From Thermodesulfobacteriota bacterium (GTDB lineage Bacteria > Desulfobacterota_D > UBA1144 > Nemesobacterales > UBA2774): a stretch of DNA of 64,000 bases. Positions within the stretch are counted from its first letter, which is position 1; every line of letters starts with the position of its first letter. The translations under genes were made by a program, and so were the position numbers. The DNA is taken from assembly GCA_965216785.1 (NCBI GenBank), contig OZ244197.1, forward strand, positions 3,008,001-3,072,000, written 5' to 3'. Positions 51,360-60,934 of the stretch are shown piece by piece. The notes beneath the pieces were generated by a model. That model did no database searches, was not told where the DNA came from, and saw nothing but the letters and a program-made list of their open reading frames with translations.

Positions 51360-52370
51360 CTAATCGAGCGGCCGCCCGATAAGCATTGATTTAAATTTTC
51401 GCCAGTCTTCTGACGATACGGACCGATCGTAGTCATAAACCTCCACGTGAGAATTCTGACTGTCCGGATCGAGCTTAATTCCCCAGAGCGGTTTTACACC
51501 GTTTGGCAGCGTAGAGTATCTAACGTCCCCTATTACATTCGGATACTCTGGATGTATAACCAAAAATCCTTTTGAGAAATGATTGAAGCGGAGTACGTCC
51601 TCATATTGAACGGATTCACGTTCCATTCCAGCAAAGCCCATCGCCGTGTTGAACACCTTTATTTTGCCACCTTCGTACAGACTCGGCATGCCCGAGAGTC
51701 CGGCCCTAACAGCATCGGTATAGTAATAACCGCCGGATTGATACACAGTCCGCCATACTAGAAGATTTCCGATTGAAGGATGCACCATCACTCTTTCCAC
51801 CGTGTGTCCTCTGAGCGCGGCGACGTTAGAGATAAAATCCTCGGTCCTTTCTCTCTGATAATAGCCGAGAAGTAAATACAGTACTGCGAATAAGAGTGCC
51901 GCTCTAATAGTAAAAATCGATCTCTTATAATAGGCCGCTACAAACAATATGCCCAGAGTGAGGGTAAAAATAGGGTCGATTATAGAAATTAGTCTCCAGG
52001 AAATCCTAGCATCGGAAAACGGCCAGAAAAGACTCGTCCCGTAGCTCGTGCAAGAATCGAGAAAAGCGTGAGTGCCGTAACCGAGAGCCGCGTATAAGAA
52101 TAATTTTCCGAAGCTTATTCGGCGCCTGAAAAATATCCACAGAACGCCTGCTGCGGCCAGACCTCCTAGTGGTATGAAAACGAGCGAGTGCGTAAAATGG
52201 CGGTGATACTCAAAGAAAAGGAGCGGGTCTTCTGATGATCGTATAAGGATATCAATATCGGCCAATAGCCCTGAAAGGAAACCCACAATCAGAGCAATCC
52301 GGATCTCTTTTTTATTCGAGACGCTCCCCGGAAGCGCAGCCCCGACGAGCCCTTGACTCAGTGCGTCCAT
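51360..52370 (-). CDS. Membrane-bound metal-dependent hydrolase (YdjM/DUF457)
   Basis: MDALSQ, DID, HRHFTHS, H..LD..TSYG and IIDP motifs. Confidence 0.9.
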   Translation of the reverse strand: MDALSQGLVGAALPGSVSNKKEIRIALIVGFLSGLLADIDILIRSSEDPLLFFEYHRHFTHSLVFIPLGGLAAAGVLWIFFRRRISFGKLFLYAALGYGTHAFLDSCTSYGTSLFWPFSDARISWRLISIIDPIFTLTLGILFVAAYYKRSIFTIRAALLFAVLYLLLGYYQRERTEDFISNVAALRGHTVERVMVHPSIGNLLVWRTVYQSGGYYYTDAVRAGLSGMPSLYEGGKIKVFNTAMGFAGMERESVQYEDVLRFNHFSKGFLVIHPEYPNVIGDVRYSTLPNGVKPLWGIKLDPDSQNSHVEVYDYDRSVSSEDWRKFKSMLIGRPLD

Positions 52371-52423
52371 TCTACAACACCCTCTGCTTCTATTTTATGA
52401 CTTTCTGGCCTATTAACCTGAAT

Positions 52424-53185
52424 CTAAAGCGTAGTCCAGCCGCCGTCTATAACAAGGTCCGATCCTGTAACATAGCGCGCCTCGTCGCTTGCGAGATACA
52501 GAACAGCGTGCCCAACCTCAACGGCCTCCGCACGTCTGACAAGCGGGATCATCTCAGCCGCGATCTTATCGAGCTGCTCCTCTGCGTCAGGGGGATTGCC
52601 CATAAACTCGGGATCCATTTTAGTTTTTATATAACCCGGACAGACTGAGTTTACCCTTATGTGATCTCCCGCGTGATCTATCGCCATGCTCCTGGTGATC
52701 TGTCTCACCGCGCCCTTTGTGGCGTTATACGCGACACAGTCCTCCATCCCTACCATGCCAAGGACAGAGGAGTTGTTTACGATTGCCCCTCCTCCGTGTT
52801 TTGCCATAATCGGGACGACATGTCTGCTCATCAAAAATACGCCTTTAAGATTTATATTCATCGTTTCATCCCATACTTCCATAGGCGTGGTGACAACCGT
52901 ACCAGCCTTGAAAATTCCGGCGTTGTTGAACAGTATATCGATCCTTCCGTGGTGTGAGTAGAAGTCATTCACGACCCTTTCTACGTCTTCCTCATTCGAG
53001 ACGTCGCCCTGATACGCGGTAATCTTTCCGGGCCCTTTTGCTTCAGCTACGGTTTCATCGAGCCTTGATTTCGTCCTTCCCATAATTCCAACGTCTGCCC
53101 CCGACTCTGAAAACAGTAGGGCCGTAGCCTTCCCTATTCCATCGCCTCCCCCCGTGATTAATGCCGTTTTACCTTTCAGTCTCAT
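52424..53185 (-). CDS. Short-chain dehydrogenase/reductase
   Basis: TGGGDGIG, NNAG, YNATK and VTGS...DGG motifs. Confidence 0.95.
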   Translation of the reverse strand: MRLKGKTALITGGGDGIGKATALLFSESGADVGIMGRTKSRLDETVAEAKGPGKITAYQGDVSNEEDVERVVNDFYSHHGRIDILFNNAGIFKAGTVVTTPMEVWDETMNINLKGVFLMSRHVVPIMAKHGGGAIVNNSSVLGMVGMEDCVAYNATKGAVRQITRSMAIDHAGDHIRVNSVCPGYIKTKMDPEFMGNPPDAEEQLDKIAAEMIPLVRRAEAVEVGHAVLYLASDEARYVTGSDLVIDGGWTTL

Positions 53186-53351
53186 TTATTCGTCCTCCTA
53201 TGTATCGAGCTTGCTGAGCTTTATTCTTTATAAAGCACGCTAGTAAATTTAAATCATACCGGGCCCGATTACCAACAATTGGGGTTATAATATTATGAAA
53301 CTTGCTTCGGTATTACGAATCAAATTAAATCTTAAAGGGGAAAAACTCGAA

Positions 53352-54773
53352 ATGAAGCGACATACGATACTGAGAACATTTTATATTCTATCGATAGGCC
53401 TCCTGATTCTGATGGGCGGAGCCTCCTGTGATGAGAACAACAATATGATGTCCGATGGAGGGTCAGACAATGGAGACAAACCTCTAAACGGAGACGGCAG
53501 CCCTGAACCAACGCCAATGCCTACTCCTATGCCGACCTTCAGTCCTGTGCTCGGCTTTAAGGGCGTAGGAATTGACTATGATCCCGAGGCCAGGTGCAGC
53601 ACCAACAACTGGTCGACCGATTTCCCTGTGGCGTGCAGCCCGCAGGTAGGGTTTACCTGCCCGGGAAGTGGTATGAACACACTGGATAATTGCCCGGCTT
53701 CATGTCAGACATGCTACGACAGCGACCTAGATACTATTAAAAACACACTTAGTGTAGACACGATAACCATCTACCAGCCTAACTACTACATCCTTACAGC
53801 GGCTAAGGCCAAATCGGTAAAGGTAGTTCTCGGGCTATTTAACGACACCGTGGCGGCGCTTGCGTCAAGGCACTGCTCAAACGATATGAGTACTATGTGC
53901 GCCACGGACTCTGATTGCACAGGAGGCGGAACGTGCACGGACGACACGACGGGATGCACGTATGCGGGGTCAACTTCGGTGTGCGGGACAGCGGCGGCAG
54001 ACAGCCTGCTAAACGGAGCGTGCGGAAGCACTACCCCATGGCCCGCGGCGACCTTCTGTGAATCGTCCGGAGCCTACATAACCCCGAATGCAGACTTTAT
54101 ATCTGACGGCACAGTGATAGGCATACAGGTCGGGAACGAGGTCTTAAGCTCGGAAGACCCGACGCTCACAAAAGACGAGGTCGTAAACGCGGCCAAGGTG
54201 CTGAAGAACGCAATTAGCAGCAACAGCCTTACTGCCATACCGATGATAGTCTCGCTCGAGGTTGGGAATGAGCAGAAGTTCTGTGAGAGTGGAGCGCCAC
54301 CTGAGGGCGTTGACTTTATCGCCGCCCACCCGTACTGTGATTTTGTCGCGAGCGTCCCGCCCAGCTGGCCCGACGAGTCGGGAAATACGGCAAAAGAGGC
54401 GGCTGACATGTGCTGGACACAGGTAAAAAGCCTATTTATAGACAACGCGGTTAAGTACTGCGGCGCTGGAAATACCTATATCGGCGAGACCGGATACAAC
54501 ACCGGGTGTCCAGGAGACAGCGGAGAGTCCGGCCATTTAGCAGTAACGCCTCATTTCATTGACGATTTCGTTAGTTGGAGCTGCACTAATAATACAGGCT
54601 CGTTCCTCTTCGCTTTTGTGGACGCGTGCCCCATGGCCGGATGTAAAGCGGGGTGCGACAGCACGACTGAAGCGGGTAACGGCTATTTCGGCCTTTATCA
54701 CACGGACATGTACGATACGATGGGTACTTTAACGGCAAAATACAGCCCGCTCCCAATGCTAACTTGCCCTTAA
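53352..54773 (+). CDS. Cysteine-rich GH17-like (beta-1,3-glucanase clan GH-A) lipoprotein
   Basis: Lipoprotein-like signal (GASC), PT linker, GIDYDP, DLDTIK, VVLGL, GIQVGNE (acid/base), AHPY, IGETG (nucleophile) and YFGLY. Confidence 0.75.
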   Translation: MKRHTILRTFYILSIGLLILMGGASCDENNNMMSDGGSDNGDKPLNGDGSPEPTPMPTPMPTFSPVLGFKGVGIDYDPEARCSTNNWSTDFPVACSPQVGFTCPGSGMNTLDNCPASCQTCYDSDLDTIKNTLSVDTITIYQPNYYILTAAKAKSVKVVLGLFNDTVAALASRHCSNDMSTMCATDSDCTGGGTCTDDTTGCTYAGSTSVCGTAAADSLLNGACGSTTPWPAATFCESSGAYITPNADFISDGTVIGIQVGNEVLSSEDPTLTKDEVVNAAKVLKNAISSNSLTAIPMIVSLEVGNEQKFCESGAPPEGVDFIAAHPYCDFVASVPPSWPDESGNTAKEAADMCWTQVKSLFIDNAVKYCGAGNTYIGETGYNTGCPGDSGESGHLAVTPHFIDDFVSWSCTNNTGSFLFAFVDACPMAGCKAGCDSTTEAGNGYFGLYHTDMYDTMGTLTAKYSPLPMLTCP

Positions 54774-54787
54774 TGTATTAGGAGCAA

Positions 54788-56233
54788 TTAAATTCCCGGG
54801 CCGCACTCTATGCTCGATTCTTCGAGTCCGGGGCCGATGTGCAGCTTTTCATTGGCATCACGAAGCGCGGTCCTCAGCCCTTCTTCAATGACAGGGTGGT
54901 AGTAGGGCATTTCGAGCATCTCGGGTATACACATCCTATTCTGATTGGCCCAAGCAAGGAGGTGTCCGATGTGCTCAGCAGCGGGTCCGAACATCTCCGC
55001 TCCCAGAAATATTCCCGTTCCGTATTCCGCATAAATGTAGAGCAGTCCTTTGTTTTTATGCATGACGCGGCTGCGGCCCTGATTCTCAAACGACACCTTG
55101 CCGGTTACGAAGCAGCAGTTTGGCGTTTGCTTGAGCTCGTTATAGCTCTTTCCGGTGATCGCGATCTGGGGCTCGGTGAAAACAATAGTCAGAGGGACAG
55201 TCCTGTGCCCGGCATGGATTTCAGGATAAGCCGCCGCGTTCTCCCCCGCTATACGGCCCTCGTCCGCAGCTTCGTGAAGAAGCGGCAAATCGTTATTCGC
55301 GTCGCCACCGATGAATATTGAGCTGTTCCCGCACTGCATAGTGTAACGGTCGAATAGCGGTATACCTCTTTCGTCAAGTTCAAGGGATGTATTCTCTAGC
55401 CCCAAATTTTGGACATTTGGAGTCCTGCCCGTAGCAGCCAGGAGATATTCAAAATTCTCAGATTTCTCTCTGCCGGACAAGTCTTTGAATTGAACTTGCA
55501 CTTTGTCATCCTGTAAAGAGATTCCAAGGATCTCCGCGTCCGTATCCAGATAGAACTCATCTGCAAATGTCTTGGCCGCGTATTCAATTATCTCCGGATG
55601 GTTGAGCGGACCGACCAATCCGAATTTGCTCAGCATCTTCGTCCTGACTCCGAGGCGGTGGAGAGCCTGCCCTAGCTCTAGGCCGATAATGCCCGCGCCG
55701 AACACTACCACCGATTCGGGTAAATCTTCCCAGTAGAAAACGTCGTCGTTCACTATGAGCCTGTCGTCTAATCCCTCGAACATTGGGAGCACCGCGGGTG
55801 TGGAGCCTGTAGCGATTACAATAGAGCCTGCTTCAACTGTAGTATGATCGTCAACCTGAAGTGTATGGTCATCAACGAATCTTGCATATCCGTCGATCTT
55901 ATCAGCGGCGTCGATGGCATCGACCGAGTCGAGCACAAACCCGACAAAGCGGTCGCGCTCACTCCTGACTCTTTTCATTACAGCGGTTCCGTCTATAGTT
56001 GGCTCACCGTTGGGATAAACTCCGAAAGCGGGGGCTTCCCTGATGGTATGAGCGGCGTCGGCTGCTGATATTAGCAGCTTACTCGGCATACACCCTACCC
56101 TGGCGCACGTAGTGCCGTGATGCCCGCCCTCGATGATTACAGCTTTTCTACCGTGCTCTTTGGCCTTTCTAAACGCAACTAACCCAGCCGAGCCCGCGCC
56201 TATTACCGCAACGTCTGTTTTTAAATTCTTCAC
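54788..56233 (-). CDS. Pyridine nucleotide-disulfide oxidoreductase (dihydrolipoamide dehydrogenase-like)
   Basis: GAGSAG, GTTCARVGCMPSK, G.G.IG.E, ATGR.PN and YHPVIEE motifs. Confidence 0.92.
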   Translation of the reverse strand: MKNLKTDVAVIGAGSAGLVAFRKAKEHGRKAVIIEGGHHGTTCARVGCMPSKLLISAADAAHTIREAPAFGVYPNGEPTIDGTAVMKRVRSERDRFVGFVLDSVDAIDAADKIDGYARFVDDHTLQVDDHTTVEAGSIVIATGSTPAVLPMFEGLDDRLIVNDDVFYWEDLPESVVVFGAGIIGLELGQALHRLGVRTKMLSKFGLVGPLNHPEIIEYAAKTFADEFYLDTDAEILGISLQDDKVQVQFKDLSGREKSENFEYLLAATGRTPNVQNLGLENTSLELDERGIPLFDRYTMQCGNSSIFIGGDANNDLPLLHEAADEGRIAGENAAAYPEIHAGHRTVPLTIVFTEPQIAITGKSYNELKQTPNCCFVTGKVSFENQGRSRVMHKNKGLLYIYAEYGTGIFLGAEMFGPAAEHIGHLLAWANQNRMCIPEMLEMPYYHPVIEEGLRTALRDANEKLHIGPGLEESSIECGPGI

Positions 56234-56296
56234 AATCGCCCTCTCTTATAAAAAGATATTAGTAGTTATCCCAAGTCCACATTAAAAACTTCAGAT

Positions 56297-56962
56297 TTAG
56301 ACTAAGAGTTTGGACCCTCTTTCCGCAGCCTTCTTCTCATCAATCTTTTTCGACTTCGGAACGTCCATGCCGCGCTGTACCGCAGGTCGGCGCCTGATTT
56401 TTGTCATCCATTTTCTCAGGTTATTAAGCCCTTCTACTTCCACGCCCGCCCAATTGTGAAGCGTAATCCACGGGTATGTCGCAATATCCGCTATAGAATA
56501 AAAATCTCCGCCCAAATACTCGTTTTCGCTTAAGCGCTTATCGAGCACTTCGTAGAGCCTTCTGGTCTCTCGCTGATAACGGCTGACAGCGTATTCTATC
56601 CTCTCCGGTGCGTAGCGGTGAAACACGTTTGCCTGTCCCTGCATAGGCCCGATCCCCGCCATCTGAAACATGAGCCATTGAATAACCGTCGAGCGTCCGT
56701 TTACATCCGTAGGTAAGAATTTTCCCGTCTTCTCCGCGAGATAGATGAGTATAGCGCCCGATTCGAATACTGAAAACCCATCGTTATCATGATCCACAAT
56801 TGTCGGGATTCGCCCGTTTGGGTTTATAGTGAGATAAAACTCGTCTTTTTGCTCCATTTTGCTGAGGCTCAGGTGCTTGAGATTGTACGGGAGCTCCACC
56901 TCTTCAAGCATTATGGATACCTTCCTCCCATTGGGTGTAGAAGCAGTGTAAAGATCTATCAT
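56297..56962 (-). CDS. Glutathione S-transferase, YfcG/YghU/Ure2-like (Nu class)
   Basis: TPNG.K, NPNGRIP, FESGAIL.YLA, GPMQGQ and YSIADIA motifs. ATG at 56962 follows GGAGG. Confidence 0.92.
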   Translation of the reverse strand: MIDLYTASTPNGRKVSIMLEEVELPYNLKHLSLSKMEQKDEFYLTINPNGRIPTIVDHDNDGFSVFESGAILIYLAEKTGKFLPTDVNGRSTVIQWLMFQMAGIGPMQGQANVFHRYAPERIEYAVSRYQRETRRLYEVLDKRLSENEYLGGDFYSIADIATYPWITLHNWAGVEVEGLNNLRKWMTKIRRRPAVQRGMDVPKSKKIDEKKAAERGSKLLV

Positions 56963-57248
56963 GTAGTAAACCTCCGGCAATATAGGATCGAAATATGTAT
57001 CCTTTATCAAGAATAACAGGTTTTAGATATTTTTTTTCAACAATTTAGTTGAGAAAATGTGAGCCCGGGATTCAATGAAGAAATACTTTAAGATAGCTAT
57101 GAGTAAAAGTATCCCTTATTGCTTTCTTGCACAGTAGAGCGCTATCCGCTTTAATGAGCGCCGCGCTTCATATATAATATCCCTAATTCAATCCCTAACG
57201 CATGCGGCACTTACGAGCAACCCGGCGTATTAAGGAGATAATTAGATA

Positions 57249-58319
57249 ATGTTCATTGATTATGACAAATTAGCGCTGGCCGCGCTAAACGGCCAGGAGA
57301 TAGACCGGGAGGTCGCCTTGGCAATTCTGGAAGATCCGGAAGTCGATTTGCTAAATCTAGCAGCCGCCGCAGGAAAGGTGCGAATGGCCTACTTCGGGAA
57401 AAAGGTCATGATCCATCAAATAAATAACATTCAAAACGGCCTATGCCCCGAGGATTGCGGATACTGCGGGCAATCCAAAGTAACAAACGCAAAGATAAAC
57501 AAATACCCTATGAAGTCCGAGGAGGATATCTTAAAAGAAGCCCAAGAGGCCAAAGCGCGGGGTGCGTACCGTTACTGTATGGTCGCGAGCGGCCGCGGCC
57601 CCTCTGACAGAGCGACAGACAAGCTCACGCGCGTGATCAGACGGATTAACGATGAAGTCGGAATCAAGACATGTCTATCCGCAGGAATAGTTAACGAAGA
57701 GCAGATTAAAGAATTAAAAGAAGCTGGTCTTGACCGCCTGAACCACAACCTCAATACGAGCGAGCGTCACACGCCGTGCATAGTAACCACGCACACATAC
57801 GAGGACAGGAAAAACACGATTATGGCCGCGAGTAAAGCGGGTCTCGATACCTGTAGCGGTATCATCGTCGGTATGGGAGAAACAAATGAGGACATACTGG
57901 ACGTTGCATATGCTCTAAAAGAGATGAATGTCCCCTCTATCCCGGTGAATTTTCTAATCCCGATCAAGGGCAACCCGCTCTACGATTTTAACCAGCTCAC
58001 GCCCGAGCGCTGCCTGCGTATTCTATGCGCGTTCAGGTTCATAAACCCAAAAGCAGAGCTTCGTATGGGCGGGGGACGTGAGGGACATCTGAGGGGCCTA
58101 CAGTCACTTGCTCTGTATCCCGCAAACTCACTGTTTGTAGAAGGCTATCTCGTAACCAGGGGAGATAAGGTGGACAAGGTTTATCAGATGATCCGAGACG
58201 CCGGATTTGAAGCGGACAATGAGGAAGGATTAGACCAAGAACTTACCTCGGCGGATAAATTCACAATAGACGATGACCCGGACATAATGAACCCAAAGAC
58301 CGCTCCCAGAGAGCAATAA
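57249..58319 (+). CDS. bioB: Biotin synthase
   Basis: CPEDCGYC.QS, RYC, TC, NHNLNT, CSG..GMGE, IPVNFL, ELR.GGRE and ANSLF motifs. Confidence 0.95.
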   Translation: MFIDYDKLALAALNGQEIDREVALAILEDPEVDLLNLAAAAGKVRMAYFGKKVMIHQINNIQNGLCPEDCGYCGQSKVTNAKINKYPMKSEEDILKEAQEAKARGAYRYCMVASGRGPSDRATDKLTRVIRRINDEVGIKTCLSAGIVNEEQIKELKEAGLDRLNHNLNTSERHTPCIVTTHTYEDRKNTIMAASKAGLDTCSGIIVGMGETNEDILDVAYALKEMNVPSIPVNFLIPIKGNPLYDFNQLTPERCLRILCAFRFINPKAELRMGGGREGHLRGLQSLALYPANSLFVEGYLVTRGDKVDKVYQMIRDAGFEADNEEGLDQELTSADKFTIDDDPDIMNPKTAPREQ

Positions 58320-58398
58320 CTTAAAGAGCAGAGCAGCATGCACCTTCGGACTGAACATTCTCCCCTCAAATACTAACGCTGGATAAGAAACCGACCTT

Positions 58399-58755
58399 AT
58401 GATAGAAATTCACACAGGTAGTTGTGAATATAAATCCTATGTCAGCTACCGTCTGGAAAAGCATGGCCGAGACTGGGTGCTGTACATAACAGGGGGCGTT
58501 CCCCACATCGGGTCTGTTGCGTGCACGGAAAGGATAGGAGACACTGCGGAAATCCATCAATTCACTCTCCGGCACCATAGAGAGGACAAAATAGTCCGCC
58601 GGGCTGTCGAAGGACTTAGGGGACTGCTGGAGGGTGAAATTCTCGTAGTTGGAGGTATCCACTACGATGATATCGAACCTGATCAAATCCGGCAGATTGA
58701 GCAAAACTGCGCCGAGCTACTCAACCGCCTCACATCAAAACTTAGAGATAACTAA
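58399..58755 (+). CDS. LpdD-like (PAC-like chaperone fold) small protein
   Basis: GRD..L.ITGG.PHIG, HRE and GIH.D...DQI pattern resembles LpdD-like proteins. Confidence 0.6.
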   Translation: MIEIHTGSCEYKSYVSYRLEKHGRDWVLYITGGVPHIGSVACTERIGDTAEIHQFTLRHHREDKIVRRAVEGLRGLLEGEILVVGGIHYDDIEPDQIRQIEQNCAELLNRLTSKLRDN

Positions 58756-58793
58756 CCTCGTCCCAAATCTGGAATTACACACCAGAATAAACT

Positions 58794-59489
58794 TTATATT
58801 ACATATTCCCTTAGCCAGTAATGAAGTGGAGCGTAATCCTTAAATATTTTATAGCAGTAATCCAGGAAGTCAGCGGAATATATTTCTTTCGGAAGCTGAA
58901 TCTCGCACAAAGCGTGTATCCCGTTATACAGAAGAAGCTCAGCGTTCGGGTGCTCGGGGTCATAACCCCTGGGTACCCTTTTATAGTGGGTGTCCCCAAC
59001 CTTATAAAGCCCGTTTTTGGTTATCTTTTTTATGATATTCCTTAGCTCTTTGCCTTTCTTGGGATCGACCACCGCGTCGCGGTAGGGTTTAAGCAGGTCT
59101 TTAGGAAATATATACAGCCCTCCGGCCACGTAGATCGAGCTCTTATTGAGCTGAAGGTAAAACCCCGGATTCTCGAGCTTTTTCCTCTTCCCTTCCCAGA
59201 AGAAAATCCCTATATGGGTTTTATAGGGGGTTTTATCCTTAGAGAATCGGACGTCTTTATAAATCCGGAAGATCGACTTATCAGTCTTGGGAATAGCGAC
59301 TATTCCGGGAGCTATTGAGTGCAGCCTCTCACCCATCCCGGAGATAAAAGAGAGTGAAGGCTGAAGGACCTTATCTTCAAATATCTCCCTGTTCTCCTCA
59401 AACCACTCCTTTCTATTATTCCTCTCAAGGTCCTTCAGGAATTTAAATGTGTCCTTACTGAACCCGCCAAATGCATCCGTTTCTGCCAA
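58794..59489 (-). CDS. DUF2461 (TIGR02453) protein
   Basis: FL..L..NN.KEWF..NR, IFRIYKDVRFSKDKTPYK and PRGY..EHP motifs. Confidence 0.9.
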   Translation of the reverse strand: MAETDAFGGFSKDTFKFLKDLERNNRKEWFEENREIFEDKVLQPSLSFISGMGERLHSIAPGIVAIPKTDKSIFRIYKDVRFSKDKTPYKTHIGIFFWEGKRKKLENPGFYLQLNKSSIYVAGGLYIFPKDLLKPYRDAVVDPKKGKELRNIIKKITKNGLYKVGDTHYKRVPRGYDPEHPNAELLLYNGIHALCEIQLPKEIYSADFLDYCYKIFKDYAPLHYWLREYVI

Positions 59490-59537
59490 GGGCGGCCTCC
59501 GTGAATTTATGAAATTATCCCGTCCAATTATAAACGT

Positions 59538-60179
59538 TTATGCTGCAGATTGAAGTGCGTCGGTATAACTCTTGTGACACCTCGTATAAAACTCCTCATT
59601 TTGCAAACGGCTCCGCCAAGCACTTATGTGTGGATAAGGCGATAAATCTATCTGTGAAGCCTCTGCCGGGTCGAGTACCGACAAGAGATTAAAGTCGGCG
59701 AGCGTGAGCTTGTCCCCCGCTATGTAGGGATTCTCGGATAATTGATTTTCAACTACAGGCAGAAACCTGTCTAAGAAGCTAAGACCGTCCGTGACCGACC
59801 TCTCATCGACTTCGACACCTACTACAGGGGCAAGCACCCTGTTAAAGAAAACCCGGTTAACACCGTTATTTACGTGTAATGACACAAAGTCAGTCCACTT
59901 GTCCACCTGGGCCCTTTCCGCTAAATCAGCTGGATATAAAGTCGAACCGTGTTTTTCAGCCAGATATTTAATTATTGACCCGCTTTCAAACAGTACAAAC
60001 CCGTCATCATCCATAACGGGCACTTTTCCCGCAGGATGCAGTTTGAGATGCTCATCCTTCATGTGCTCACCCGCCATTAAGTTAACGGGCACGTACTCAT
60101 AATCGAGCCCCATATAATTTGCGACGTATCTTACTTTATTACTTGGAAGTGAAAGCGGAAACGCATAGATTTTAAGCAT
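59538..60179 (-). CDS. Glutathione S-transferase (theta/delta-like)
   Basis: PLSLPS, P.GKVP, LFESGSI.KYL and AGDKLTLAD motifs. Confidence 0.92.
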   Translation of the reverse strand: MLKIYAFPLSLPSNKVRYVANYMGLDYEYVPVNLMAGEHMKDEHLKLHPAGKVPVMDDDGFVLFESGSIIKYLAEKHGSTLYPADLAERAQVDKWTDFVSLHVNNGVNRVFFNRVLAPVVGVEVDERSVTDGLSFLDRFLPVVENQLSENPYIAGDKLTLADFNLLSVLDPAEASQIDLSPYPHISAWRSRLQNEEFYTRCHKSYTDALQSAA

Positions 60180-60211
60180 TGTTTACTCCTCCTATTACTA
60201 ATATTAGATTT

Positions 60212-60260
60212 TGGACTACTTGGTACATTTATATTGTACTAAGCAGTACATCTATGTCAA
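60212..60260 (-). promoter_or_regulatory. GST promoter with tandem TetR-type operators
   Basis: TGTACT-N4-AGTACA (60235-60250, perfect) and TGGACT-N4-GGTACA (60212-60227). Minus-strand promoter TTGACA-N16-TACAAT. Confidence 0.7.
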
Positions 60261-60283
60261 GTAAAATATTTTTAGTGGAGGAA

Positions 60284-60883
60284 TTACTTGGAAAAGGACT
60301 TTAAATAAGTAAGAGCGTGTTTGACTGTATTTTCAGCAGGCCCTGGGTCTTTATTAAATTTTGATAGCAGCAGCGCTCCCTGAAGTGAGGCCAACGAGAA
60401 GTTTGCAAGGGACTTCGGATCGGCTGTTTCTTTAAGCTTCCCTGCTTTTTTTAAGCCTTCGAAAAACTCGGTTATCTTTTGTATGGAAATATTCATGACC
60501 GCATTTACATCCTGTCTAATATCCTCATTCTCTGCCGCAAGCTCATTCCCAATGGAGCCTATCGGGCATGCCCTCTCGTAATTAAACATCTCTATGCCAC
60601 GCAAATGATCGTGAAAATAGTTTTCCAGCCCTTCCCAGCTGTCGATATCAATTCTAATTGGCCCCTGCCCGCTCTTCAGAACATTTTTATAAAACCTGAG
60701 AACTTCGCGGACAATATCCTCTTTACTTTGGAAATAATGATAGAACTGGCTCTTACCCGTACCTGAGGCTTCTAGTATCTGGTCTACGCTTGTGGCGCGC
60801 ACGCCGTTTTTATGAAAGAGCTCCCTTGCAGTCTCTACAATACGAGCCCTCGTAATATTCCCTTTTTCAGATAACTCTTGCAT
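60284..60883 (-). CDS. TetR/AcrR family regulator (LmrA/YxaF/NemR-like)
   Basis: TRARIV..A.ELF...G...TSVDQI...G.GKSQFYHYF.SKE HTH, plus ACPIG and QGA motifs. Confidence 0.93.
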   Translation of the reverse strand: MQELSEKGNITRARIVETARELFHKNGVRATSVDQILEASGTGKSQFYHYFQSKEDIVREVLRFYKNVLKSGQGPIRIDIDSWEGLENYFHDHLRGIEMFNYERACPIGSIGNELAAENEDIRQDVNAVMNISIQKITEFFEGLKKAGKLKETADPKSLANFSLASLQGALLLSKFNKDPGPAENTVKHALTYLKSFSK

Positions 60884-60891
60884 ACTATTAT

Positions 60892-60907
60892 TGTACTAAA
60901 TAGTTCA
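60892..60907. promoter_or_regulatory. TetR autoregulatory operator
   Basis: TGTACT-AAAT-AGTTCA, the same motif as at the GST promoter, overlapping the -10 of tetR. Confidence 0.7.
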
Positions 60908-60934
60908 ATTTAATCAATCTATCCAGTGACCGGT

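Noticed and set aside
57120-57248. Riboswitch or BirA operator upstream of bioB
   Set aside because: Only short stems are present. I could not match SAM-class riboswitch consensus sequences or the long-spacer BirA dyad by eye.
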